A stretch of DNA of 58,425 nucleotides, the filler included, from Thelocarpon superellum (taxonomy: Eukaryota): assembly GCA_026025795.1 (NCBI GenBank). It is 4 parts of 4 records of this genome, joined end to end, with 100 filler letters (N's around TTAATTAATTAA, not from the genome) between each part and the next. Parts side by side here need not be neighbours in the genome. Positions count along the whole stretch, not along the records: positions 29,387 to 43,944 come from JAPEUG010000430.1; positions 44,045 to 58,425 come from JAPEUG010000431.1; 2 more parts are not named here. One strand, given 5' to 3'. The notes below the pieces were generated by a model. That model searched no databases and had not been told where the DNA came from. It worked only from the letters and a program-made list of their open reading frames with translations. This document shows, piece by piece, positions 36,454-49,688 of the stretch (the first letter of the stretch is position 1; every line of letters begins with the position of its first letter). The position numbers were made by a program, and so were the translations under genes.

Positions 36454-39400
36454 GTGGTGGCGGGCCAGCTGGTCCAGGGTCGCCGGGACCAAGTCAGGAG
36501 CAAACTGTCAGTCCATTGGGCCGAGGCCCACGTCAGGAGCCACATCTCCACCGTGGTCACCTACCCCAACGATGCTCACCGGAGACGCATCAAGCCCGAC
36601 GTGCAGATCGAGTGAAGAGGCTTGTTGGACACGTTTGGGGCCGGCCTGGCTGAGTGCACGGCGGCGGATTGGTCGCCACCAGCATGCAGCGCCACCAGGT
36701 TTAAGGTTTTGTGGCTCGCCGGACACCGTAGTTGTAGGCACGACAGTTCCAGTGCGTAGCTACCGACACTTTCGTCTCAGCCGAGGACCCTGCTTGCTGA
36801 CTCGCCACAAGACGTCCGCAAGCAAATTGCCTGCGCTGTCGCGTATGTTCCTGAGCGGACGTGACACCATACTTCCTGGACTATGAGTCGCAGCGGTGCG
36901 CCAATTGAGACCACTCGAGACGCCCTCGCGACCGGTGCGCATCCAGCTGGACCAACGACCTGGCGGGACCGCGACGACGCCCGACCATTCGTACCATCAT
37001 CGGGTGCTGTTGAGGGGAGATGACCCGACACATTGGGTGCGGGCCGTCGACCGTGGCCGGCAGCGGCCTCTGGGCGCCGGGCCGTGGGCGAGGGTGTGGT
37101 GGGTGGGGACGGACGATAGAGATAAAGGGTCACCCGTCAGCGATCCATCGAGGCCTTCGTTGCCACGCGATCCTACTGTAGCATTGCCGGGGGCCGGACC
37201 ACGGTAATTGAACTGCCCGCTCTTACCTCTGCAGGGGGCCGGGCTCGCCGGGTGTCGGCCCCGTACCGACCACGCGCGTGGCCGCCAGGCGATGCTAACT
37301 CGACTGCTGTCGAGCGGGCGTGCGAACCTCGCTCGAGTCGCCGTCAACGCCCAGGGCACAGACGAGTACTGCTACGGCTGTGATCAAGGCCATCACTACT
37401 CGCTTGGCGGGTGAAGCTTGGTATGGGTAGTGGCGGTAAGGGTCGGGGATATGTCTGATTACGGAAGAGTGCCCTCAGTCGGAAGGGACTGGCCGGTCGA
37501 GATCGGTCCGGGGTCAGACCGACGGCGGGTGGGTTGCTAGTTGGCACGCGCCGAAGACGGGTTTCTAGTAAAGCATCCGTCTGATAGGTTTCAGATGGCG
37601 ACAACCACATCGCACCCTCCGCTTAACTTCCGCCAGCCACCCCAGTCTCCCGCCTCTCATCTCTTTCGAACAGAGCGAGGGCGTGGCGGGGAGAAGAGGA
37701 GTGCGGAAGCAGGAGGAGACGAAAAGGGGGGATGGGGCGCGACCTGACGAAGCCGCAGCCCCACGCTCCATGCCGCGTCACGCCCATGAGTACCGTGCCA
37801 TACGACATCGGTGCGGAATCCTTGACCTCGTACCAGTCGCCCTTGGACAGGTAGTCCACGTCGTACGCGTGCCCTCGCCGACATCCGACCCCAGAGTTCG
37901 GCAACACGGACCCAACGGCGAGCCCGGCGCGGGGTGGCGGCGGACCAATGGAGTTCATCGTTTTCGGCCGAGTCACGATTACTGATCTACTTGGCACCTT
38001 GGGCGAGGCGTCGCAGGGTCACGAGTCACCGAAGGGCGCCGCCTGGTCTTTCGCTCTCGAATTTCATAGGAGGGAAGAGATTTTCATTTACCGCGAGCAT
38101 CATGTGCGCGCAGGCGGGAATGGCTCCCGTGAAATATCATTGCGACGGTAGTGAGAAGAGAATAGTCGTCATCCGCCACCGGAGTGTGCGTGGCCTGCGG
38201 ATGTCTGTTAGTTGTCCAGGGAAACCCGCTCTCCTGCAGACCCTCGATCCGAGATGGTGAGACGGGGGCGCGCCGGGGGACGGCGATCCCGACTCGGCTT
38301 GGTCGAAAGTCACGGCGAAAACAAAGTCATGAAGCGAAAAGCGAAATGCCTCTCTCTTGTGCATGCTCCCGACCAAATGTATTGCCTCCACGATGATTAC
38401 AGCAGGAGGGTCGAGGAGATTTTTCCTCCCGCCGGAGGCCACATCTAAACGAGAGTTACGTGAGGCTTTGTCATTCGTTCCCTCATCTTTGGCGTTTGTG
38501 CATCCGTTCGGGATCTAGTTCGCTCGGTGGGTTGGAAGGACGGAAGGCAAGAGGACCCATGCGATCCATGTTACTCATGTTCGGGCGCCCCATAGCCGAT
38601 GGGCAGAGCCCGGAAAAGGCTAATGACGCTAAGGAGGCGGACGGCGGACGATAGCGACGGCGGCGCGGAGGGCGGCGGACGTTCCTCGTCTGGCGAGGAG
38701 CCTGGATGGCCCACAGCGCCCGCCGCCGAGCTGCGCCAACCACGAAAGTGGCTGATTACGAGTATGTTACTCGTCAGAGCGCGTCGACGCCGCCGCTGCA
38801 CTCTGACCACTGATCATTCGATCTCGATCTGGCTCAAGCTCTCTCCCCTCTCAGTTCAGCAGCGGTAGTCGAGCCACGAAAATGGTTCCCTCTCCCCAAC
38901 CCGCCGCCGCCGATGATGCTATTATTACGAGGATGAGCAAGACTACTGCTGCCGCCGTCGATGCAACGGCCGTGGCAGCTCCTGGGGTGGACGATGACTC
39001 GCGTGTGCGTTGCGTGCTGCCTGACACTGCCCTCTCCGTCCACGATCCTCACTGGCGGTCCCCCTTCCCGCCGCGCCACGCTCCGCTCTGACCGTCAGCT
39101 GGGCCCTCTTCTAAGCACGAGCGCAATTCCTTTTCCTCCACTCAGCAGTCTCCACAGCCGCGCCCCCCGCGGGTTGGTCAGCCCAATGGCCGCTGCGCGT
39201 CTCTTGTCCCATGCACATGCATACCCTTGATGATCACGCCCCCCCCCCTGTTCCTCCTGTACCCTGGCGCTCGGGTGGGCCCACGGCCTTGGCCCAAACC
39301 CGGGTACGACCACACCGGGGTCATTGCCGCTGCCGCCCCTAGCAGGTGAATGGTGGATGGCGAAAGGTGAAAGGCGAAAGGTAAAAAGGTCAAATCCGTC

Positions 39401-39706
39401 GTCGGCTGCTTCTGCAAGATATGACATGCAGCACAGCCGTCGATCATTGACCTGGACACTTCGCCTCCTAAAAGACCCTTCGGTCTCTCTACCCTCGACA
39501 CCTACAACACAACTGCTGATGATCCGTCGACCAATCATGCTCGCGCCGGACCTGGGTAGCACACGACTTACGCCTCCATCTACCGACCCAGACCGTTGGG
39601 ACGCACCTTTCCTTTACACCATTGCCCTCCCACGACCGGATGGAGCGTAGACGGCGACGATCGTATCCTACCGTGGCCGGAGTCGTGTTGGTGTCGTATC
39701 TTGGGC

Positions 39707-41762
39707 ATGGCTTCGGGCTGGACGGGCTCGCCATGGAAGCGGCCGTGGGAGGAGGAGGAGACCCAACATGAGAGAAGTCGGCCAGATGTCCGCATGCCGC
39801 CCGTTGTGACGGCGCCGTCGTACAGCCAAGGACCGTACGCTCCCGAAGCAGCGTCAGCGCCAGGTCGTCTGGAGCGCGATCCGCCTTCCTTTAGACCTTG
39901 GGAGCATGTCTCCCCGCCCACGCGTCCGGGGCAGGAGCCTCCCCGGCCGATGCACGAGGACCAGGGGCATGGCAGTGTCGGTCGACGTCACCCGCCCTCC
40001 TCTTCCACCATCAAACGACGTCGGCTCTATCCGAGCTCGATGCAGCCCAACGACTTGACCCGGACCCCAGGCGGCGAGCTTGTCGCTCCTGGTATGAACA
40101 GTAGCGGCACTCCAAGACCAACGCTGACCGTGACAGAACCATATCATCCGGGTTCCGACCATGTCCATCCTCTCCCTTGGCGACCATCTCCCTCCGGCAT
40201 GGCGAGCGGAGGCGCCCTGGCCGATCCCAGCATGCCACCTCGTCGCCCATCACATCCGACCTTGGCCCCCGACCCGACAGCTCTCAGCCTGTCGTTGTCT
40301 CATACCGAGTGTGCGCGATGTCAGTGTCCCGGGTGTCGGCTCCAAAACAGCTTGGTGCAGGACATCATGTCTAGCGTTGTGGAGCTGGGCATGGAGCTTC
40401 GCCGGGGCCCGGATGGACAACGAGCTCAACGGTCTCCGGAGCAGGTGGGGTGGCCTGGCGTGGGTGCTCGAGACGTAGCTGATGGGTGTTCAGGTCAATG
40501 TCGCAACTCTCGGTGTCCATCAGTCTCTGCGGTGGACGCTGGATCAAATTCGAAGTGACCTCGAGCTCCTCCGCATGTCCCCGGTGGCACCGTCATCCTA
40601 CCTAAAGAATGACATCAGTGAGCTGTCGACTGGATATGGAGCGGAGAGTCAGTCGACGCATGGCAAAGGGGGACGACGGTCGATCGTTGACCAATCGCCG
40701 CCGTCAGTGTTAGCCTCGTCGATCCGGACATCGTCGACGGGATCCATCTTCCTCCCATCGGCGATGCAGGCGTCTGGCCCACCGTCCCGTCTCTTACCTT
40801 CTCCGCCTGCGGCGACCTTTCCCTCACCGCCCGTGGCCGACACATCGTTACCGGCGTCGTCGATGCAACCGTCACAAGCGCTGTTACAAGACCTGCAGCA
40901 CCAAGTCAGCACCAAGACGCTGGCGCTTCAAACGCTCCAGCAAGAGCATGACCGAGTACTGGCGGCGCTGTCACGAGTGCAGAACCGGTGCGGCATCCTG
41001 GAGAAGAAAGTGCAGTCGTCCGAGGTGGAGATTCGCGATCTGGGCGACGAGCGGGTGGCGTTGCAGTCGCAAGTGGAGTCATCCGAGTCGCAACTGGAAG
41101 ACCTGGTCAAGTCGCGTGACGAGGCTCGGCGACACAGCGTGGCCAACGGCGGGCAATACATGAAGATCATGTCGTTGGCCTCTCGGCTGGAGGCGCAGAG
41201 TGTGGCAGACAACAAACAATGGAAGTCGGAGAAAGAGGAATGGGAGCGGGAGAGGCAGATGTTGGCCCATCGCATCCGAGCATTTGAAGAAAGAGAAGGG
41301 ACGGGCGGTCGATCCTCGGCCCTCGTCCCGTCTGCAAGCCGTGTTATCGACGATATACTGGAGTCGACGTCAACAGACGAGCTGCGCGCCGAGATCATCC
41401 GTCTCCGGGACATTTGCCAGGTCTTAGACCGAGCTTTGCAAAGGCTCCGGCACGAGGGAGAGCAAATCATGCAGCGGTTTGGCGGGATCTTCACGGATGT
41501 GGGGTCGATAGGGCTTCAATCATCTGCGTCTCATCGTCTTTCCTCGGAGCGTGAGTTTGTGGCGGAGAGGTCTGAGATTGCTGGCCTCCTTGCTTCAACG
41601 TCAATATCCAGACCTGGGGACAATGTCGAAGGACCCGAGACGAGGCCGGAAGATATAGAGACTACAACGACAGCGACCACGAGCACCACCTCCACTACCA
41701 ACACGACATCCATCGGCGAAACGGCTGCTGATCTAGCAACGATCGTGACGAGCGCAGCATGA
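39707..41762 (+). CDS. Hypothetical coiled-coil protein, 2 exons
   Basis: A GT..GCTGAT..CAG intron at 40445-40493 joins ORFs 39596 and 40482 in frame. KRPWEEE and KRRR NLS-like motifs; long heptad region LQDLQHQVSTKTLALQTLQ. Confidence 0.78.
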
Positions 41763-41970
41763 CGAGCATTACAATGAGGGAGAGTATGGGAATTGACGGG
41801 AGCATCCTGAGGAAGGTCATGAGGAGGACGACAATGATGATCATTATGATCGTGAATCTTGATCCGGGGACGAGAGGAATAGCTGGACTGATCTACGTCA
41901 GGTACAACGGCACAAAGCAAGGAGATGTTCTTTTGCAAATCTACGAGTGTATTTATACCTGTGCATAGCT

Positions 41971-43944
41971 TCATAAACATCTCCCAACTTCACACCCTGA
42001 CCACCCCCATGCCATTTCTTGGGCAGAAGTAGAGGTAGCAGAAGGTGCAGCAGGAGGAGAAGGAGGAGGGAGGGGAGGAGGAGCAGAAACAGACGTAGAA
42101 CGTGACTCTTCCCAGACGCAACGCATACATCGACATACTCCTCCCAACGGACCCATCATCCATTCGCGCCGCTGATCCACGAGAAGATCGACATCGCAGT
42201 AGTGGTTTAAGATTTCCGCGCCTGCTTTAATTCCCCCTTCCTTCCTTCCCTCGCTCTCTTTCCTGCTCTGTCCTCCATCTTCTCCTTCGTCTCCTGCTGC
42301 TTCGCTCTTCCTCGTATCTCTCGTGTCTCCTCCCTCGATACTCTCCGTGTCCGACTTCACCGCAGACGGAGACGCGCCATTCGGCGCCCGAGCTAGAGGA
42401 GAAGGCGACGGCGGAGTCCACACCTTGTTGCGTCGCGCCACGAAACACATCTCGCCGCCCCATTCCCACATGACATTGGGCGCACAAGAGTGGTTGGCAA
42501 GCGACCAGGCCGGATGCACGGCGCAGACTTCGGGCCTGCTGTCGCCGGCGCGCGTCGAGAGGCGGGCCGACGCCGTGCCGCGGAACTTGGCGTAGAGCGT
42601 GTTCAGGATCCAGGTGTCGGTTAGTTCCAGCGTCGTCCAGATGTTGATGTCCATTTTCGTGAGGACGTGGAGGGGCATGTTGATGTTGTGCGTGTATGTG
42701 AAGGGTAAGGTGGAGACGGGTGCTGATGAGGTGGAGGCGGAGGTGGAGGTAAGAGAGTTGCTGAAGTCTCCCCAGATGTACTTGACCGCCTCCAGCTCCA
42801 AAGGATGCGTGTCGGTCGTGAACGACATGGCCAGGGCGCGCGCCAGAAGAAGCAGATACAATGCCTCGGGCGATTCCTGCGCCGACACTTCCTTGCCGAT
42901 GGTCTCTACCTCCTTTCCACACACCGAGGGGTGATAGAGCGCCTGGGCACGCTCGAGGCACATCGGGCTGCAGAAGAAAATGTCGTCGCATGATGGACAG
43001 GGGATGGGGCCTCCACCCTGACTCGACGACATGTCGTCGTGGCTGGGGAAGGTGAAGGCCGTGCTGCATGCATCGCATAACGATTCATGAAGCCGGTTGT
43101 TGGCCGTCAGAACACTGGCTTCACGCAAGACCACCTCCCCGCCTGGAATGTCCTCGGTGGCGAAGAGGCCGAGTTGTGTGATGGTCGGCATCTCCTCCCC
43201 CTCCTCCTCCTCCTTCTCCTCTTCCTCGCCTTCTCTGTAGCCCTTTCCCCGCGCTTTCTCCTGCTTTGTTGTCGCCATTGGTTTAAGCGCCGGCAGCTCC
43301 GTGACGCGCACTTCGCACTTGGGCGCCACCGTCCTCATCATGGCATTCAGCGCCGTCAAAGTCCGCTCCGAGAATCGGTCGGGCTCGTGCTCGTTCCACG
43401 GGTAAATCTCGCGTCGGACGGTGCCATGGTCCGAGAGACGATCTGACTTCCTCAAGTCGTCCAGCTCGGCATCACTCAGCTCGTCACTTCGTCCCAGCTT
43501 GAGTCGTGCTTGTCCCCGGATCTGGTCTTTGAGCAGAGCGAGATGGCGCTGATCCGACGCGGACGCACAGGTCGTGACCGCTTGCTTGTGGAAGTCGTAC
43601 GCACTGGCTAGACAGCCGACGGCGGTGAGAGACTGGACGAGGATCGTGTAGGCCCGTCGGGAGCAGCGCTCGAGCAGCGCGTACACGGCGCCATCGCCAT
43701 CCTGCTGCTCCGCCTCCGGCCCAAGTTCGGCGTCAACCTCGTCTTTCCCCACAGCCTGCCGATCTGCCAGTGCCTCTGTTGCCTCATCATGATATTCACC
43801 CGAGTCGTCGCGCGCCTCGTCCGTCAGGAGAAGCGCTCGATAGGCATCGCTGGCTGCGAGATCTGCATATCCCAGTTCGAGATGTACCCTTGCGCGCCAG
43901 AGGTACAGTGTTGCGTCGTAGGGGTGGAGGTAGAGCTGTTCCGT
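41971..43944 (-). CDS. SET-domain methyltransferase with MYND-like zinc finger (SMYD-like), 5' truncated
   Basis: GLFATEDI..GEVVL, CDAC..CPSC..FCSPMC..H, ANHSCAPN, EILNHY and post-SET CRCMRC. A TPR-like N-terminus (LGYADLAASDAYRALLL) is open to the gap. Confidence 0.85.
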   Translation of the reverse strand, partial: TEQLYLHPYDATLYLWRARVHLELGYADLAASDAYRALLLTDEARDDSGEYHDEATEALADRQAVGKDEVDAELGPEAEQQDGDGAVYALLERCSRRAYTILVQSLTAVGCLASAYDFHKQAVTTCASASDQRHLALLKDQIRGQARLKLGRSDELSDAELDDLRKSDRLSDHGTVRREIYPWNEHEPDRFSERTLTALNAMMRTVAPKCEVRVTELPALKPMATTKQEKARGKGYREGEEEEKEEEEGEEMPTITQLGLFATEDIPGGEVVLREASVLTANNRLHESLCDACSTAFTFPSHDDMSSSQGGGPIPCPSCDDIFFCSPMCLERAQALYHPSVCGKEVETIGKEVSAQESPEALYLLLLARALAMSFTTDTHPLELEAVKYIWGDFSNSLTSTSASTSSAPVSTLPFTYTHNINMPLHVLTKMDINIWTTLELTDTWILNTLYAKFRGTASARLSTRAGDSRPEVCAVHPAWSLANHSCAPNVMWEWGGEMCFVARRNKVWTPPSPSPLARAPNGASPSAVKSDTESIEGGDTRDTRKSEAAGDEGEDGGQSRKESEGRKEGGIKAGAEILNHYCDVDLLVDQRREWMMGPLGGVCRCMRCVWEESRSTSVSAPPPLPPPSPPAAPSATSTSAQEMAWGWSGCEVGRCL

Positions 43945-44044
43945 NNNNNNNNNNNNNNNNNNNNNNNNNNNNNNNNNNNNNNNNNNNNTTAATTAATTAA
44001 NNNNNNNNNNNNNNNNNNNNNNNNNNNNNNNNNNNNNNNNNNNN
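43945..44044. other. Artificial contig spacer
   Basis: N44-TTAATTAATTAA-N44. Confidence 0.98.
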
Positions 44045-44103
44045 ATCGTCCCAAGCAAAGAGAACTTTCTACACCCCGCGTTCCTTCGCCCCTCGCCCGT
44101 CAC

Positions 44104-47100
44104 TCACCGCCGCTTACCATCTTGCTGGTTGGAGAAGAGCAGCTTGAAGCCATTGCAAAGGGCCCGCATGTCCGGATACGCATTCTTCTGGAGCTCAAAA
44201 GCCTGTGGCACCACCTTGACCGGCCAGCTCCCGAGCCGCGCATGCTGCCCGGCCTTGAAGCAGAGGAAAAAGTAGCCCGGGAACTTGGGGTTGATGCAAA
44301 ACGCGTAGACCGATCGCTTTGGATTGGCTTCAGTGTAGGTGGTCAACCATCGTTCTGCACGGCGCAATGCCCAGGTTAGCCATCTTCGGGGCGAGACACC
44401 TCACCGGGCGGAGGGGGGGGGGAGTATCACGTACCCGTCTCCGCCCGACTGCCCGTCTGGAACTTCTCATGCAACATCATCTCATCCACCTTGCGCGCCA
44501 TGGCCTTGACGTGATTGACGATCAACTCGTCCAGATCGCTGTAGGTGTAGCGGTTGCTGATCTTGAGCGTCTTGCCCACCGAAAACTCATTCTCCTTGTT
44601 CAGCTCGAGTACGTCGATGTGCTGGTACACGTTGTCCGACACCTTCCATGTCACCGCGATGTGGTCGAGCCCCTTGGACGAGGGCCGGATGACGGCGTCG
44701 CCGCGGGCCTGCGAGCCCAGATACTCCTCAGCCTGCGCAGCGTTGAAGTTACGGAAGAGCGGATGCTTGATGACGCGTTGCGTGCGGCCGGCCTCCTTGT
44801 TCGTCTCCTGCAGCGCCTCCTGGTCGCGCTCCTCCTGCACCTCGTCCCACTCCTCGCGGAGGTGGTCGAGCGGCTTGCGGTAGGGCTGCTGCAACGCCTC
44901 GTCCCGGACCGTCAGCGTCGCCTCCAGCGCCGAGCGGCTGAGGGCCAGGATCTTGGCCTGGATGGTCTGGTGGGGCGCGAACTGCTGATTCAGCGGTAGG
45001 TCGGCGCTGGCCCGCTCCGGCAGCTCGTTCTCGTACACGAAGCCGCGCACGCCGCAGTCCAGCACCACCTCCAGCTGCCGCTCCAGGTTGAGCACGCGCT
45101 TGATGGCCACGGGGACGATCATGCCCGGCGTCAGCGAGTCGCGCGTCTCGCCCGTCAGCATGGTGAAGATCTCGTCGGTCGAGAGCAGGGCGAAGTTGCG
45201 CCGCAGCTCCTCGTACGGTTGTTGCAGCTCGGCGCGGATCGTCTCGAGCGTGGCACGCTTGCGCTGGTTAAAGTTGCGGTCCAGCTGCTCGGCATACTCC
45301 TCCAGCACCAGCTCGTTGACCTTGTCCTGCGCCTCGTCCTTGATCAGTCGCTTCACCACCGCGCCCGGTCCGGCCTCGTCCACCTCGGCCTTGACGTCCT
45401 CTTCGTCCAGCTCGAGCGCGTCGGCGGCCATCTTGCGGCCCAGGTCGTAGTCCTCGGGGTGCACACGCGTGTTGTCGAGGTAGTCCGACGACGACTCGGA
45501 GCTGTCGTACTCCATGAAGAGGAAGCTAGCGCAGTTGTTCCACACTCGCGGGCCCACCACCGCGATCTTGCCCTCCTCCGGGTCGCCCACCAGCTCCGCC
45601 CGGCTCTCCACCACGCCCCCGTTGGCGTGGATGGCCTTGAGCACGCTCGTCGCCTTGCGCGGGCCGAGCCCGCAGACGTAGGGGAGCAGGTTGGCCGTGT
45701 ACGCGTCGCCCGCGGCCTCGTTGATGTCCACGCCACAAAGGTTGACCATGTCGACCATAGCCGTCTCCAGCTGTCGCTGCAGCTTCTCGGACGCCACCAG
45801 CTGCTGGCTCGGGTGAAAGGAGATGGAGACCACGTCGCCGCCCAGCGCCGCGTATTCCTTCATCGGGTTCTGTAGGTACTTGGCCAGGGCGACGCAGTAC
45901 CGCGTCAGCGGCGCGAGCCCCGGATGGTCGAGCGCGGCGCGTGCGCTGGTGTGGTACAGGCGAGCCACCTCGTCGTTGGCCACGACGACCTCCAGTCGCT
46001 CGCTCCGCTCCTGGCTCGTGTCCGGGTCCTCAAACTCGGCGCCGCGCAGGTCCTCCTCCTCGACAATCTTCTCCACGTCCATGACCAGCCGGCGCGTCTC
46101 GACGGTGAAGCCGGCGACGGCGAGCACGTCGGGCTTGCGTCGCTGCACGAGCTCGACAAAAGCACGCTTGGCCGCCTCATCGAAGCGGAGGTCCGCGAAC
46201 TTGCCGTGTTCCAACACCCGCCCGTCCTCCTCCACCCAGGCCCAGCAGACGGCGTCGCGGCCCGGCGCGCCCTGACCGCACGACAGCGCCAGCACGCGTG
46301 GAATGGTGCCCAGCATCATGCCCTTGGGCTTGTAGGGCGCCTGGTCGAGCTTCTTGGCAAACTCGGCGCGGCAGGCCGCAGCGATCTCATCCTCGCACCG
46401 CGTCTTCAGCGCCTCCTTGACGCCCTTGGTCATCAGCGCGTTGAGCTTCACCAGCGCCTGGTCGAGCACGTCCTTGCGCGCCGCGTTCCACGCCTCGGCG
46501 ATCTCGCTGTAGTTGTCCGAGGCGATGTCGTTCTGCAGGCGGCGGCGGAAGTCGTCGTAGCCCTGCAGCCGGATGCGCACCTCGACAAGGCCCTCGTCCT
46601 CGGCCCGCAGCATGCGCAGGTAGAGGTCGGGCCGGCGCGCGATGTCGCTCAGCTGCAGATTGCGCAGATACTTGAATTCGTAGTAGGGGTGTTGGTCATC
46701 GATCCTGCGCAGGCCCTTTTCCGTGCGGAAGCACTCCACCACGCCCGTCATGTAGTACTGGCGGCGCATGACCTTGCGCATCTTGGGGCTCATGGCGATC
46801 TCCTCGGCGAACATCATCTTCGCCGCCCGGAGCGCCTGCGCGCCCGTCGCGTGCTCGGGCGGGTCCAGGACGGTATCGGCCATGTCGTCGGGCCGGATGC
46901 TGGGGTCCTCGGTGTACTGGCGCCGGCCGGCTTTCAGTGCGTTCTGCGCGAAGGCGTCGGCCGTAATGCCAAAGGCATGTACCAGGCCGTAGATCTTCCC
47001 ATTGCGCACCCGCTCGAAGATGGCCTTTTGCGAGCCCGGGCGGCGGTGCGTGCCGTTGGCCTCGCCCTTGAGCACGCTGAGATCCTTGAGGTGCGAGGCG

Positions 47101-48527
47101 TGCTGGAAGTGGACGTAGTCCTGGAGGTCCTGGAGCTCCTCCATCGTCTCCGCTTGCGGCAGCATCTCCTCGACGATGACGTCGTGCACGTGCGCCACGG
47201 CGGTGAGGTTGTCGTAGGTACGCTGCAGGGCGTTGCGCTTGTCGACCAGGGCGCGAAACTTGAGGTCGTGATCGAGGATGATCCAGAGATCGTTTTGATT
47301 CAGCAACTTCTCCGCTTGCACCACGTACTCCGGCGCATCGGGGTTGTGCGGGTCGGGCGAGGCTGGGACCTTGACGGCGTGGATGAGGTAGTCCTTGCGG
47401 TGCTGGAAGACAAAGGGCACCTCGACCTCATCGGTGATGAAGAACTCGAGCACCTTGGCCACGGCCTTCTGGAAGGGTTCCAGCAGCTCCTCCTGCACGC
47501 GCTTCTTGGGCATCATGCGGGATATCCACAGGGCCTCCTCCTTGAGCTGGTCGTCGGTCAGCACAACGTGGCGGTAGGGCTTGCGGGCCAGCTGGAAGCG
47601 TTCGGGTTCATCCGCGGCACGGATGGCGTTGTCCTCGTCGGTGAGGAGCTTCTCCGCCAGCTGTGAGGGCTCGAAGACATCTTTGAGCTCCAGGGACTGC
47701 TCGGCCAGCTCGAGGTCGTCCATCTCCTCCTCGAGTTCCAGCGCCCATTGGTAGTCGGCCCCATCGCCAAAAGCATCCTGCATCATCTCCAAGCTCTCCT
47801 CGTCGAGTCCCGATGCCTGAGCGCCGACAATGTCCAGGCCCTGGGCGCGTGGGCGGGCGATCTCGCGTTCCTCTTGCAGTCGGATCTTCTCATCCTCATC
47901 GATAGGATCGTCCTCAACGATGAACTCGGCGAACTCATCAGGCTGCCCACGCGGCTCAGGGCGGAAGCGGCCCAGGCGATCGTGGTCGGCCCGTGGGGCG
48001 TCAAGCTCATCGTCGTCGTCATCGGAGAAGATCTCGGCCAAGCCTCGGGGGGCAGCCACCTCAGCGTCGTCTTTGTGACCCCGTTTGAGCCGCTTGAACT
48101 TGGGCTCGGCCGGAGCCGGTCGGTGGAAGTCAGGGTTGTTTTCCCCAATCAGGTCCAAATCTTCCTCGTCGAGCGCTTCTTCCTCCTTCTCGCGTTCCTC
48201 GCGTCGACGTTTCTTCTCGCGCCGCCGCCGCTGCTCACGCTCTTCCGGCTCTTCCTCGTCCTCATCGACGATAAAGCCTTCCCGGATCTGTGCGGTCATT
48301 CACCGTCAGCGGGCCTCGATCGACAGGTCATGCGTGGGGGTAGGGTAGCTTACGGCGCGGGCGGCCTCCTCATCGTCGTCATCCTCTTCTTCCTCGCTGG
48401 AATCATCGAGATGACCGTTAGCCCCGTTGGCTGTCGTCCTCACTTCGCCCGTTTCTTCGTCAAAGGATTCATCATTTTCCTCCTCGTCGAGCTCGGCCTC
48501 ACCCGCGATGAGGTCTCGAGGATCCAT
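44104..48527 (-). CDS. SPT6: Transcription elongation factor/histone chaperone Spt6
   Basis: Acidic N-terminus ([21 protein letters not shown]), DEPERFQ, FKYL, YqgF/HhH region ([18 protein letters not shown]), S1 and tandem SH2 ([15 protein letters not shown]). Two introns. Confidence 0.97.
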
Positions 48528-49688
48528 TTGGTCGACTCGAGCCACGTTCGGCAGCCGGGCAACCAGACCGTGTCAGCTTCGACCAAGCACCGGTTGCACC
48601 GAGGCCTCGCGGATTGCAGGTCGATCGAAGGAGCGGGCGCGAGCAAACTGTCGTTGTGCTTGGCTTGTCCGTCCGCCGACGTCTGTTGCTCGAAAGTTTG
48701 GATTGGTCTAGGAACGGTCAAGTCACCTGACTCGGCAATCGCCGTTTGCTCTCGCCCGACACGTACGGGGGGGAAGCGAGCGAGCGCCGAATCTTTGCTG
48801 TTCGGCTGTTGGCGGGCGAGTAGTGATCGGTATCGAGTGGATGGGGCAAGTTCCTTGGGCGAGCCTGTATCGCGGCTGTTCCGTGTTCGTCTTCCTCCAA
48901 GAACCAACACCGAGGAGGACGAACACTCTGTACTTCAGATGATTCGAGAAGCCTGTGCGCTCCGCGGTGGCAGCGGTGGTCGATGCCTGTAACTTACGAG
49001 TCTCAAGGGTCACAATTGGTCCAAGATCAGGAAGGATGTCGCTTCCGGGTCGGCGTGCGTGTCAGGGCGGGGTGTCAATTTGTCGACCGCAGACCCCGTC
49101 AGGCACTCGTTCTCAATCTCCGTCTCGAACATGGCAACACTAAATAGCACAACACGCCGCATTGCAGACATTCACAGGCTGGAGCCGTCCCGCGCCTCAA
49201 TAGAAGACGCATGCGGTGGCTGTTATTCTGTTGTACTATTGTATCAGGTAGATCTGCAAGTCGACGAACGGTTGTAGCTGTGTGATTGTTCCGGTGCCTG
49301 TGCCCCTCCGATTGGTCCCGGCGCTTGACATGGCGAAGACTTACGACGCCGGCTATCACAGTCATTCACTACCGCTGCCGCTCGAACATAATCCCACCGC
49401 TTAACGCTTGACGCTTGACGCTCGACGCTCGAGGCTGGACGCACAAATGGCTTGGTAGTGACTCGATCTTGGCCTTGATCCTTGTCCTTGACGTCGTGCT
49501 TCCTCCATCTGCCTGCCTGCTTCATGACGCCCGACCCTGCCATCATCTTTCCTTCCTGCGCTCCGGTCTGATCTGCTCGCTCCCTCGCTCGTCGCCCAAC
49601 TCGCGGGGCGTGGCAACGACAACGACAACGGGACCGGGAACGGCAGCGGCGACCGGCGACCTGCGCACGGCGCACGGCCACCATCACC

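Noticed and set aside
44319..48992. Long antisense ORFs over SPT6 (580 and 414 aa), and likewise over OSH3, SRF1 and Crh
   Set aside because: Expected shadows of high-GC3 coding sequence; no motifs.
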